A stretch of 37,659 nt of DNA from a virus (Duplodnaviria > Caudoviricetes): the IMG/VR virus record IMGVR_UViG_3300017778_001501, positions 1-37,659 of that record. One strand, 5' to 3'. Within the stretch, counting starts at the first letter, position 1; the number at the start of each line of letters is the position of its first letter. Made by a program: the position numbers and the translations under genes. The notes beneath the pieces were generated by a model. It searched no databases, had not been told where the DNA came from, and saw only the letters and a program-made list of their open reading frames with translations. Of the stretch, positions 16,306 through 25,167 are shown piece after piece.

Positions 16306-16557
16306 ATGAACACGGCGCATGAAGCACTACTATTTGACCGGGTCCATCATTGGAAAGCCCGCGCCACAGCAGCAGAGGCCGAGATCCGCAGCCTCCGCAA
16401 GCAGGTGGCGAAGGAGCGGGCGGGGATTGTACGGTGGTTGCGCAGAGGCCACGACACCTACCAAAGCGGCACTTACGCGCGCTGTCGGGAAATGCAGCAG
16501 TATTGGGATCATGCCGCCGACGCCATCGAGCGCCAACAGGACAAGGAACCGACATGA
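16306..16557 (+). CDS. Hypothetical protein (83 aa)
   Basis: Coiled-coil segment plus ERAGIVRWLR...ADAIER; ATGA overlaps. Confidence 0.7.
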   Translation: MNTAHEALLFDRVHHWKARATAAEAEIRSLRKQVAKERAGIVRWLRRGHDTYQSGTYARCREMQQYWDHAADAIERQQDKEPT

Positions 16558-16736
16558 ACCAGACCACCACAGGCGGCGCGGTGATGCTCACTCACCCCAA
16601 TGGCGAGAAATGGACCACCGAGCGCGAGATCGTCCGTGTCGATGATTGGCAGGCAACGCCCTGGGGACCGGCCAACTTCGGCTATGTCTGGCTAGGCCCA
16701 CAACGGATTGTTCAGGTAAAGGAACCGCAGACATGA
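16554..16736 (+). CDS. Hypothetical protein (60 aa)
   Basis: MNQTTTGGAVMLTHPNGEKW...; AAGGA SD; ATGA overlaps. Confidence 0.6.
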   Translation: MNQTTTGGAVMLTHPNGEKWTTEREIVRVDDWQATPWGPANFGYVWLGPQRIVQVKEPQT

Positions 16737-16927
16737 CACAAGACGAACCTTCGGAAGCCGCCAAGCGATATGTGCGTGATCTCATGGCGCGTGATTACGC
16801 TTGGGCCGAATTGGACGGCGAAGGCTTGCCCGACCCTATAATTGAGTTTTCGTACCACTCTTTGATGGAGGCGTTTGACGCTGGCCGGAAAGCTCCGGTG
16901 TCATTCGAGCCAAAAGGCCGCAGCTAA
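16733..16927 (+). CDS. Hypothetical protein (64 aa)
   Basis: MTQDEPSEAAKRYVRDLM...EAFDAGR; AAGGA SD; last gene of the rightward arm. Confidence 0.65.
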   Translation: MTQDEPSEAAKRYVRDLMARDYAWAELDGEGLPDPIIEFSYHSLMEAFDAGRKAPVSFEPKGRS

Positions 16928-17109
16928 ATCCGCCCGCTAACCGCCGTCACCACTTCCACCAGACACATCCCCGCTACCACATCCCGCACGGATTGCCCTT
17001 CACGGATTCGGCGTGCCGCAGTCACCAGCACCTTGGCGAAAGCTTCGGCGTGGTCGGGGATACCCTGCACGTTATATGGTGCAGCTATAGCCTGCGGGGT
17101 ATCGCTCAT
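16924..17109 (-). CDS. Hypothetical protein (61 aa)
   Basis: MSDTPQAIAAPYNVQG...; GGAGG SD; ATGA overlap with the phosphoesterase stop. Confidence 0.6.
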   Translation of the reverse strand: MSDTPQAIAAPYNVQGIPDHAEAFAKVLVTAARRIREGQSVRDVVAGMCLVEVVTAVSGRI

Positions 17110-18272
17110 ACTGCCTCCAACTGCGTGATGTTGCACCGAACCCGCGTCACCTCGCCATGTGTCCGGTGGTAGATGATTGCCTTCATATCCCGCCCGGATC
17201 GGTATCCGCTATGCCGGTGCCAAGCATCGCCCGCTGCCAGCGTCCGGTGCGTCTCAACCGTGCAGCCGGGATGTTCCTTAAGTTGGTCATGGTGAAAGTG
17301 GCCGCAATGCCAGACGCGGAACTTTGCCGCCGCCCAATCCCCTGGTGCATCCGTCGCCATGATTAGAGGCAGGTCGTTCAACTTCGCGCCGTCGCCATGC
17401 GTCGAGCCGATTAGGACGTTGCCGAAACGGTGATAGTAGAAGCTGGACGGTGAGGTTTCGATTGTCACGCGCGGCTCATTGTGAAACCAGCCTTGCAGAG
17501 CAAGTGTCAGCATTGAAGCTTGGTGCGGATCGTGGTTGCCCCGGTTGTTCCGCACGATCACATGCTTGTGCTTTTCGAGCAGTCGCCGGATGCAACGCAC
17601 CATCGCCGTAATACCGACGCGGGCAATCTTTTCAAAGCGCCCGTCAACGTCAAGAGGCGCGGCGGAGCGAGGCGTGCGGTTCGTGCCGTTATCAGCGTGG
17701 AAATAATCGCCAAGGTTCAGCAGCAGCGCGGTTTCGGAGTTGGGGCCAGAGATCGCCAGCCTGTCCACCGCGTCGAAGGTCAGCCGCTCCGCTATCTTGA
17801 GGTCGAAGTTTTCGCCGGTTTCCTCTGCCCATGTGAGCAAGCCAAAGTGCGGATCACCCATGGGTATGACGGTGAGCAAATCGGAATCGCAAACGCTGGG
17901 ACCAGTGACCGGAGGCAGGCAGGCAAAGGACGGCTCCAAAATGCCCGCCACAGCCTCCCTGAGCGCCTCTAGCGCGTCCTCAGTACTTGGTGACTGCCGT
18001 TCCCATGTCCGCTCTACAGTGCCATCTGCGGCGCGCTGCACGGTAACTTTGCCCATGCGGTAGCCCGGAGCCACACCGCTCTCGAAGTTGCCCGGCGCAA
18101 ACCCCTTCTTCGCCGCATGGGCCTTCAGGGTGCGGATTGATTTGCTGATTGTGTCGGTAGTGAGGCCTAGCGCGCGTTCAGCCGACCGGAAGCTGTCATA
18201 GCCTTCCAGAATGCCGATGTATTCGCGCTGCCGTGGCGTGGCGTATTCGAGCAATCGGGGGTCGAATTGCAC
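17106..18272 (-). CDS. Calcineurin-like metallophosphoesterase with N-terminal HTH
   Basis: All five motifs: GDPHFG, LGDYFH, GNHD, THGD, GHFHH; N-terminal SFRSAERALGLTTDTISKSIR. Confidence 0.87.
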   Translation of the reverse strand: MQFDPRLLEYATPRQREYIGILEGYDSFRSAERALGLTTDTISKSIRTLKAHAAKKGFAPGNFESGVAPGYRMGKVTVQRAADGTVERTWERQSPSTEDALEALREAVAGILEPSFACLPPVTGPSVCDSDLLTVIPMGDPHFGLLTWAEETGENFDLKIAERLTFDAVDRLAISGPNSETALLLNLGDYFHADNGTNRTPRSAAPLDVDGRFEKIARVGITAMVRCIRRLLEKHKHVIVRNNRGNHDPHQASMLTLALQGWFHNEPRVTIETSPSSFYYHRFGNVLIGSTHGDGAKLNDLPLIMATDAPGDWAAAKFRVWHCGHFHHDQLKEHPGCTVETHRTLAAGDAWHRHSGYRSGRDMKAIIYHRTHGEVTRVRCNITQLEAV

Positions 18273-18298
18273 ATATCACCTCTTGGCAGTTGATAGGG

Positions 18299-18790
18299 TT
18301 ATTTGGGCAAAGTCAGTGCCCAATCATGCGCTTCAATCGCATACGTCACCGCATCGGTGCAGGCTTGCACGTCGCTTTCGGATACCATGACGGCATCGGC
18401 GGGCAGGTCAGCAGGAACGCTGGCACGGCCACTTTCGGCGCTGGCAGGGGTTCCGCTGGCATCACGCGCAACGGCTTGGCTGCGCACCCGGTGAGCAGAC
18501 ACATAAGCGTCAGCAGCGCGGCGAGCATCCGCCAACTTGGATTGAAAGGCTTTGTCGGCTTCATCTGCTTTGCTCCTGTATTCCGCCTCAGTCACCTCTA
18601 GAGCGCGCTGGGCAATGAGCGCGGCTTCGGACTGCGCTGCCACGTATGCAGCCCTGTCAGCCTTCCGCAGCGCCTTCTCGGCATGATAGGCGTGGCGGTA
18701 ATGCCAACTGGCAGCAAACAAGCCAAACACTGCCAAAGCGCCAAACAGGCCAAGGCCCACCTTCCAGCGGGTCAGCAGCAGCCCGATCAC
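18299..18790 (-). CDS. Inner-membrane spanin (Rz-like)
   Basis: N-terminal TM followed by an Ala-rich coiled coil; downstream of holin and endolysin; carries an embedded lipoprotein ORF. Confidence 0.75.
   Translation of the reverse strand: MIGLLLTRWKVGLGLFGALAVFGLFAASWHYRHAYHAEKALRKADRAAYVAAQSEAALIAQRALEVTEAEYRSKADEADKAFQSKLADARRAADAYVSAHRVRSQAVARDASGTPASAESGRASVPADLPADAVMVSESDVQACTDAVTYAIEAHDWALTLPK
18346..18564 (-). CDS. Outer-membrane spanin (Rz1-like lipoprotein), embedded in Rz
   Basis: Hydrophobic signal with lipobox LTGC, Pro-rich mature part with two further Cys; alternate frame inside Rz. Confidence 0.7.
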   Translation of the reverse strand: MKPTKPFNPSWRMLAALLTLMCLLTGCAAKPLRVMPAEPLPAPKVAVPAFLLTCPPMPSWYPKATCKPAPMR

Positions 18791-18960
18791 TTGACGCGCT
18801 TTGCCTTGACCGACCAGGCTGCAATCGCGGTAGCAATCGCACCAGCAAGTGCGGACTGCGTTGCAAGGTCGATTCCGGCGAGCCAGCCCTTGCCAACGGC
18901 AAAGGCGAGAGCAGCGCTTGCAAAAGTGCGGACAACGCCCGCCAGTTCTTCTTTCGTCAT
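18787..18960 (-). CDS. Putative holin (two hydrophobic helices, basic C-terminus)
   Basis: MTKEELAGVVRTFASAALAFAVGKGWLAGIDLATQSALAGAIATAIAAWSVKAKRVK. Confidence 0.65.
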   Translation of the reverse strand: MTKEELAGVVRTFASAALAFAVGKGWLAGIDLATQSALAGAIATAIAAWSVKAKRVK

Positions 18961-19046
18961 GTCAGCCACTCCACAATGAGAAACAGGCCCTCCAGCAGCA
19001 GGAAGGCGATGAGAACATCCGTTGCTATCGACAGCGCGCGGTTCAC
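18957..19046 (-). CDS. Small single-TM protein (29 aa) within the lysis cassette
   Basis: Hand-translated MNRALSIATDVLIAFLLLEGLFLIVEWLT; GTGA overlap with the endolysin stop and ATGA overlap with the holin start. Confidence 0.6.
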   Translation of the reverse strand: MNRALSIATDVLIAFLLLEGLFLIVEWLT

Positions 19047-19555
19047 AGAAGCTTCACCGCTTCGGCGTGCGTCTCATTCACGCGCCGCAGCCAGCCGCGC
19101 CCGAACGTGTCAAAGGTCGAAAGCGCGCGGTAATAGTCTCGCCGTGCTTCGCTGTAGGCCTCAATCAGTTTGGCGAGACCGTGCGCCGTCACGTAAAGCT
19201 GGACCGCCTGCCGCGTGCCCCGCCCGATCTGGCCATCTATCACCGCGCCGACAATCCGTTGCAGCATCTTGACCGCACGCGACACGCCCGCATTTACGCC
19301 GAAGTCGAACAGCACCAGCGACAAAGCAGGCGGGAAGTCATCGCCGCTCACCTTGTCCCAATACTGCGCCTTGTAGAGCGGCGCGACTTTGGCCGGGGTA
19401 AGCGTGCGCATGTCAACGTCGGTGCGCCCTACCCATGTCTGCCAGACACGCTTGGTCACACCGAGGTTGGTTTCGCCGCCCGGATCACGCGGATGGTTTA
19501 CGTAACCACCCTCGTGCTTCAGGATCAACTTCAAGGCATGGTCAAAAGCTGTCAT
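19043..19555 (-). CDS. Endolysin, glycoside hydrolase family 108 with PG-binding domain
   Basis: HEGGYVNHPRDPGGETNLGVT, FDFGVNAG, DGQIG, FGRGWLRRV. Confidence 0.94.
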   Translation of the reverse strand: MTAFDHALKLILKHEGGYVNHPRDPGGETNLGVTKRVWQTWVGRTDVDMRTLTPAKVAPLYKAQYWDKVSGDDFPPALSLVLFDFGVNAGVSRAVKMLQRIVGAVIDGQIGRGTRQAVQLYVTAHGLAKLIEAYSEARRDYYRALSTFDTFGRGWLRRVNETHAEAVKLL

Positions 19556-19743
19556 TGCTTATCAACCCCGTTAACAAGCCTGTCCCACAACCGGATGCAC
19601 CACCAGACCAGCGTAGCCACACCAACCAGCAGCGCGACAATCGGCGTTAAAACTTGGCTCCACTGAGACACAACCACTAACGACGCGGTGAAGGAGGCCA
19701 CGTAATCCCCTATCTCGTTAAAGTGATTGCTAGGAGTTGACAT
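19552..19743 (-). CDS. Small membrane protein, second holin candidate (63 aa)
   Basis: Hydrophobic VLTPIVALLVGVATLVWWCIRLW; coupled to the endolysin start. Confidence 0.6.
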   Translation of the reverse strand: MSTPSNHFNEIGDYVASFTASLVVVSQWSQVLTPIVALLVGVATLVWWCIRLWDRLVNGVDKQ

Positions 19744-19775
19744 GTCTTTACCTTCAATCATGGGCAAGCCCTAAC

Positions 19776-19842
19776 GATACATACCTAACCTTGGCTTGCA
19801 ACTGTGTCAAATAGGACTAGGTGTTTAAACGCATTTTTTCGC
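19776..19842 (-). promoter_or_regulatory. Putative lysis promoter(s) with an upstream operator-like 13-mer
   Basis: TTGACA -17- TAGGTA with overlapping TTGCAA -16- TATCGT; cgcattttttcgc at 19830-42 identical to 14984-96. Confidence 0.5.
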
Positions 19843-19854
19843 CCCATGCCGCGC

Positions 19855-22389
19855 CTACAATTGGCGCGGGTTTGACAGGGAAATCTTGGCAACGGTAATG
19901 CTGTTGGCATCGCTCGGGCTGTCGTTCGAAACCGTGATCTCAAAGCGCACTTGCTTGGTTGCCAGATCGGTTGCGGTAAATGCAGCCTCACCAGGCGTTA
20001 CAGCAGCCGCGCCTTGCACCGTCACGTTGACCGGCACGAGCAGCGCGGTGTTAGTGACGTCGATGCGCCCGGTGAACTTGTAGATGCCGGGGCTGGCAGC
20101 AGCGATGACTGCCGATGCCATTGTGGTTGTCGTGCTGTCCGTGACGTTCACCAGCTTGAAATTGAGGCGCTTTGGCGCATTGGTGCCGGTCGCGTTGCAG
20201 CGAATGTCAAACTCGATCTGGTCCCCGCGCTGCAAGGTGCCGGTTCCTATGTCACTGGACACGATTGCCGTGTCCGTAGTCGTGGCAGACACCGCCAAGA
20301 GGATTTGCTTGTTGGCTGCTTGACGACCGGATGTCTTGGCTGTGCGGACGTTGGACACCGTGTTCGCCAGCATAGTCGGGTAGGCCAAGCTGTTGGTGAA
20401 CCCCTCCATGCCGCCATCAACGTAGACATCTGAAACGTCCTGGTTGGCGACACCGGAGACAAAAATGCAGTTGCCCGCGAGGAACGTCGATCCCGGCAAG
20501 ATGAAGTTCTTGCTGGTCGTATCAGCGATGCGGATGGCCGAGGTAATCGGCGTGCCCGAGAACGTGCCAGCAATGCGGTTGCGCGCCGAACCGCTTCCGC
20601 TAATCTGCGCATGGATGCCGCACGGTCCGTTCCACGAGACGTTGGCGAAGTTGTCTGTGCTGTCGCGCCGATTGGCGGTAACAATGTCGTTCCCGAAGCT
20701 AAGCACCGCTCCCGTGAAAGACGCGCCGCCGTGGAAAGCCTTGATGTTGTCAAACCGCACGTTTTGCGCGTTGAGCGCCGACAAGACAGTCCCGCTCGGC
20801 AGGCCGGTCATGTTCAGCACGATGTCGCGGAACGTAATGTAGAGTGAGTTTTCCTGCGTGGAAATCCCGCCTGCGGGTGTCTTGACGCCTAGGAACGTGG
20901 TCGGCGTTCCCACGTTGGTGCCGCCCGTTAGGTTATACGTGCCCGCCCCGCCCGAACCAGTGCCGTTCGAGACAATCGTGCCGTAATAGGTGCCGTCTGC
21001 CGTGTAGAGCCGTGTGGGCACCGTCCACGTTCCGGCGGTGGGCGCGTTGGCGGTGAACACGTTCGAGGATATCGTGCCCGTGCCGGATACCTCAGTCAGT
21101 GCGCTAAGAGCCTGCACGAAAAGACCCTGATTGTATGAAGCCGTTGCGTTGCTGACAACAACGTTTTCGCTGTTCATGCTCATTTCGCCAGCCTTGACAA
21201 AGAACGCGCCCCGGACGTTGTTGTACTGCACGTTGACCATCAGGTTATTGTACCAGATGCGGCGCGAGGCAAGTACGTCGATGTCGTTGAACGAGGCGCG
21301 GTAGGCGGCGGAAGTGACGCCGCCCCAGTTGCCGAGTGTCGAGACTGACAGGCCGGAAATTTCGCCATCGCCCCATGCGAACAGCGTTACATCCGGGCCA
21401 CCTGCAAGCGCCGGGGGGCCGGGTGCTGTAGTCGTGCGCAGATTGACCAGATAGCCGCCAGCCGTCTCGGAGTAGAGGCAATCGTCCAAATAGATCACGC
21501 CGCCACTGATCGCCGTGATCTTGCGCAGAGTGGCATAGTAGGGCTGCTTATCCCCGCCGGAAGTGGTATAGAACGCCGCCGAGAACACGTACACCATATC
21601 ACCCACTGCAAAGCCCGCAGCATCGCCAGAGGTGGTCAAAGTGACGGCAGTGTCGCCAGACAGCGATGCGTTGAAGGCCTTGGCTTCGGAACTGTACGGG
21701 AGCGAATAGTACACTTGCGCGTAGCTCGGCTGGAAATTGCCGGTCTGGAAAATCGCGGTTTGACCGGAATTGTACGGTGCATAGTTGTTGCTGATAACGC
21801 AGCGCCCGGAGCCGGGGCCAATGATTGAGACGCCGTAAGGAATCTTGAGCGCGCGGTCGATCTCAACTGCCGCTTCGACCATGCGCAGCGTGCCGCCGCC
21901 TGCGGCTGAAAGCGCGTTGATCTGCGATTGCAGACGCAGCGCATTCTGCGTAGGCGTTCCCGCTACAGCGTCGCCCACCAGTGAAGGACGCTGCCGCCAG
22001 ATGTAGACCGGCGAGTTGCTGCGTACCGTCTCGCCATTCGATTGCTCAATTAGCGCGTCGCCTTCGCCAACGGCAGACGAAGCAAGGTCCGCGATAAAGG
22101 CATCAAGCGCGGAGGAGAATGACAAGCCATTGGTTACAACACGGCTCTGGCTGTTCAGCACCGTAAGCGAGACGGAAGTGGGCGCTGCGTAAATGCTGGC
22201 CTTAGCGCCCTGATAAGCCGGATACCCGTCAACTGTCCGGATCGGCTGCGACCAAGGAATTGTGCGCGCCTCATCCCGATACACCGTGATCGGATTGGTC
22301 CGCGCGTCCAGGTTAGCCGCGCCAACGTAGATAAAGCCGCCAGTGCCAGCTTCGGGAAAGTAGGGGAAGGGGTTGGTTATGTTGGTCAT
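19855..22389 (-). CDS. Tailspike / receptor-binding protein (head-binding domain plus beta-helix)
   Basis: N-terminal NPFPYF..GGFIYVG..NPITVY..QPIRTVDGYP (P22-type particle-binding domain), LQSQINALSAAGGGTL beta-helix cap; last virion gene. Confidence 0.82.
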   Translation of the reverse strand: MTNITNPFPYFPEAGTGGFIYVGAANLDARTNPITVYRDEARTIPWSQPIRTVDGYPAYQGAKASIYAAPTSVSLTVLNSQSRVVTNGLSFSSALDAFIADLASSAVGEGDALIEQSNGETVRSNSPVYIWRQRPSLVGDAVAGTPTQNALRLQSQINALSAAGGGTLRMVEAAVEIDRALKIPYGVSIIGPGSGRCVISNNYAPYNSGQTAIFQTGNFQPSYAQVYYSLPYSSEAKAFNASLSGDTAVTLTTSGDAAGFAVGDMVYVFSAAFYTTSGGDKQPYYATLRKITAISGGVIYLDDCLYSETAGGYLVNLRTTTAPGPPALAGGPDVTLFAWGDGEISGLSVSTLGNWGGVTSAAYRASFNDIDVLASRRIWYNNLMVNVQYNNVRGAFFVKAGEMSMNSENVVVSNATASYNQGLFVQALSALTEVSGTGTISSNVFTANAPTAGTWTVPTRLYTADGTYYGTIVSNGTGSGGAGTYNLTGGTNVGTPTTFLGVKTPAGGISTQENSLYITFRDIVLNMTGLPSGTVLSALNAQNVRFDNIKAFHGGASFTGAVLSFGNDIVTANRRDSTDNFANVSWNGPCGIHAQISGSGSARNRIAGTFSGTPITSAIRIADTTSKNFILPGSTFLAGNCIFVSGVANQDVSDVYVDGGMEGFTNSLAYPTMLANTVSNVRTAKTSGRQAANKQILLAVSATTTDTAIVSSDIGTGTLQRGDQIEFDIRCNATGTNAPKRLNFKLVNVTDSTTTTMASAVIAAASPGIYKFTGRIDVTNTALLVPVNVTVQGAAAVTPGEAAFTATDLATKQVRFEITVSNDSPSDANSITVAKISLSNPRQL

Positions 22390-22392
22390 GGG

Positions 22393-25158
22393 TTATTCCT
22401 TGGGCATCAGAGAGCGGGCAATCTTTGCCTTGATTTTTGCATCACGAATGCTGTCTTTCAGAACCTTAAGGCCGGTCAAAAGCGGAACTGGAATGCCAGT
22501 CGTAAGGCCGGTTGCACTCATTTCACCGAGTGCCGCCATAAGTGTGCGCGCCGTCCCGCTGTTGTTAATCGAAGTACCCGGCGGAACCGTGTTCACATAC
22601 CGCACAACGTCATTCAAATCACGCAGTGTCTGCGCCATCTTGGGATCAAAGATAACATCGAGCCGCCCGTTCTTTTCCAGCTTGCCTAGCTCCTGATTGA
22701 GCTTGGCCGTGGAAATGACCGGCAGGTTCTCCGAAGTCATGTTGACGCCCTGCGTTGCCACTTCCTGCAAGTGGCGGACGGTTGCCCCCTGAAGCTCGCT
22801 CCAAGCCTGCCGCCCGCTGGCCCCGCTGGTGCGCAGCGTTTGGCGAAGGAACTTAATTTCCTCCGGAGAACCATCAAGGATTGACCGCTTGAACACCTTG
22901 TCAGCCGCAACCTTAGGATCGTCCATGTTCTTGATGTTTGACACCAGACGCGAAACGATGGCGCGATTCTCAAACTTGCGCGCTTGCTCAATGCGAAGCT
23001 TGCGCGCCTGCTGATAAAGCTCGCCGCCCTTGCCTTCGGTCGCCTGGTCAATGAGACCCTTAAGCTCGCCGCCATAGGCTGCGTTAGGCGTGCCGTACTG
23101 GGTGTTCTTGTTAATCAGCTTGCGCACTTCCTCCAAGTCACGCAGCCGAACCATGCCCGTGCCATCGGGGTCGTTGATACGCAGTTGCTCTGACACCGTA
23201 CGAAGGATCGGCGCAATCTGCGATACAGTCGTTGGCGGCTGCTGATTGATGTAATCAACAATCTCGGCATAGGAGACAGGCTCTTGCGTTTCGCCCGCTG
23301 CATCGGCGCGCTTGTAGGCAACGTTGACCCTGTTCTTTGCCGCCTTGTATCCCGTCGTAAGCGCATTGATTACCGCATTGCCGGTTGCGGTAATATCGGG
23401 CGTTTCAGCGCCGGTCATGTCAATCAGCCGGTCAAAGTTTTGCAGCGCCTGAAGGTTGTTTTCTTCAGCCCGGCGACGAAGCGGCCCGCCCAGTTCTCCG
23501 AAAATCTGCTCTTTTTCAAACGCGAGTTGCTCGGCATCGCGCGTAGCCGCGCCGCGCGTCAATTCAACCGGAACAGGCAAGCCTTGCGCCTGCGCCATAC
23601 GCATAGTCTCGGGAGAAGTACCCGCCGAACCAGCATCATTGCTGCGGAACGTGATAGGCGCGAAAGGTTCTTCGGCCTGCGCTGCCATCTGGTCGATACC
23701 GCCAGCCATTGAGGCACCAGCGGACGGGGTGCCAGCAGGCATACCGCCAGCGGGAGGAACGCCGCCGCCCATACCACCGCCCGGAGGAACGCCGCCATCG
23801 GGGGGAATGTTGCCGCCTTCACGGCCAAACACGCGGCCCACGGCAGGGGCAACACGCCTTGCAGCCGCACCTAGCGCCCGCCCACCAAGCGAACCCGTAG
23901 CACCCATTGCAAGGCCGGTGCCAATGTCCTGCCCGGTGTTTGCAGCGTACAAGCCGCCGTAAGCGCTCTCTGTAAGCGCCTCACGCCCAATTGCACCAGC
24001 AAGCCCGCCACCGGCAACACGCTCTGCAATGCTAGGCGCGGCCATGCGGAGAGCAGCCGAGGTTCCGCCTGCAAGACCAGCAGTGCCAAGCATGGAGCCG
24101 ACAATCTCGCCGCCAAGCGCAAAGTCAGGGTTCAGAGCCTCAAGCCCCTGCACCTGATCGCCAGCGACTTGCGAGAGAAGGCCTGCACCAGCCGCGTTTA
24201 CAGCACCCGTAAGCGCCGTGCCAGCGGGAGTCATTAGGAACTCACCAGCCGCTTGCGCAACGGGTGAACGCTGGCCGGTCTGTGCCGGGTTGAAGGTGAC
24301 GGATTGCCCCTTGGCGCGGGCCTCAATAGCCGCTTGGATATTGGCAATGTCGTTAGGCGTGATTTTGCCGCCAGCCGCCTGCGCAGCCGCCACAATGCCT
24401 TGCAGGTCCGCCCCGCTCTGCCACGCTTGCTGCGTAGCATCCCTGATAGCCTTGTCCTGCTCGGTTGAGAACGTTGCACCAGCTTCGAGGCCGAGTTGTT
24501 GCGTCCCTTCCTCCGGAACGCCGCGCTCTTGCCATGCCTTTTCAATCTTGGGCAGATACGGGTCATCAATGCGCGAGAGGACCACCGATTCAGGGTTGAT
24601 GTTATACGTGCCCGCCAAGCGTTCATAATCGCCGCGCACCCGGTCATAGGATAAACGGTAATTGTCCACCAGGTTGCGCATTTCGGTAAGCACGCGGTTG
24701 CGCACTTCCGGACGAAGCAAGCCACTGCTGTCAATGCCTAGCTCGCGCTGGATGCGCGCCACTTGGCGACCAATCGCACTATCACCAGCCTGCACGATGT
24801 TAAACTCTGCCTCGCGCACAACCGAAGCGGGGTCGAGCATCTTGGCGTATGCAGTAATCAGCGCCTGATCGCCGGTAGGAGTGGACTTCGCGCCAAGGGC
24901 AGACGAAAACTGCCGAATAACCGTTTCATAGTTGGTCGCTTCGGGAGCCTTGTTGAACGCGGTGCGCAGTTCCTTGGCGTAGTCAAACTGCTCCTTACGC
25001 CCCGCGCGCGCTTCGCCCTGCACGTTGAGTTGCGTGCCGGTTTCTGCCCGTTGCTCCGCAGCCATATCTTTCGGAGCGTTTGGAATAACCACACCCTGCC
25101 CGCCGCCAGCATCGCTAGGCGTGGAGCTATATTCTTCCCAAGGCATTACCTGCGGCAT
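22393..25158 (-). CDS. DNA ejection protein, gp16-position (921 aa)
   Basis: Large, helical, with a Gly/Ala-rich hydrophobic middle; P22 gene order. Confidence 0.68.
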   Translation of the reverse strand: MPQVMPWEEYSSTPSDAGGGQGVVIPNAPKDMAAEQRAETGTQLNVQGEARAGRKEQFDYAKELRTAFNKAPEATNYETVIRQFSSALGAKSTPTGDQALITAYAKMLDPASVVREAEFNIVQAGDSAIGRQVARIQRELGIDSSGLLRPEVRNRVLTEMRNLVDNYRLSYDRVRGDYERLAGTYNINPESVVLSRIDDPYLPKIEKAWQERGVPEEGTQQLGLEAGATFSTEQDKAIRDATQQAWQSGADLQGIVAAAQAAGGKITPNDIANIQAAIEARAKGQSVTFNPAQTGQRSPVAQAAGEFLMTPAGTALTGAVNAAGAGLLSQVAGDQVQGLEALNPDFALGGEIVGSMLGTAGLAGGTSAALRMAAPSIAERVAGGGLAGAIGREALTESAYGGLYAANTGQDIGTGLAMGATGSLGGRALGAAARRVAPAVGRVFGREGGNIPPDGGVPPGGGMGGGVPPAGGMPAGTPSAGASMAGGIDQMAAQAEEPFAPITFRSNDAGSAGTSPETMRMAQAQGLPVPVELTRGAATRDAEQLAFEKEQIFGELGGPLRRRAEENNLQALQNFDRLIDMTGAETPDITATGNAVINALTTGYKAAKNRVNVAYKRADAAGETQEPVSYAEIVDYINQQPPTTVSQIAPILRTVSEQLRINDPDGTGMVRLRDLEEVRKLINKNTQYGTPNAAYGGELKGLIDQATEGKGGELYQQARKLRIEQARKFENRAIVSRLVSNIKNMDDPKVAADKVFKRSILDGSPEEIKFLRQTLRTSGASGRQAWSELQGATVRHLQEVATQGVNMTSENLPVISTAKLNQELGKLEKNGRLDVIFDPKMAQTLRDLNDVVRYVNTVPPGTSINNSGTARTLMAALGEMSATGLTTGIPVPLLTGLKVLKDSIRDAKIKAKIARSLMPKE

Positions 25159-25167
25159 TTTAATTCC

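Noticed and set aside
18960-18969. Lambda-like dual-start holin (GTG 18969 / ATG 18960)
   Set aside because: The extension M-A-D has no positive charge, and ATG 18960 is explained by coupling to the 29-aa upstream ORF
23725-23820. GGVPP-type repeats in the large ejection protein
   Set aside because: Low-complexity Gly/Pro linker with no evidence of a separate function
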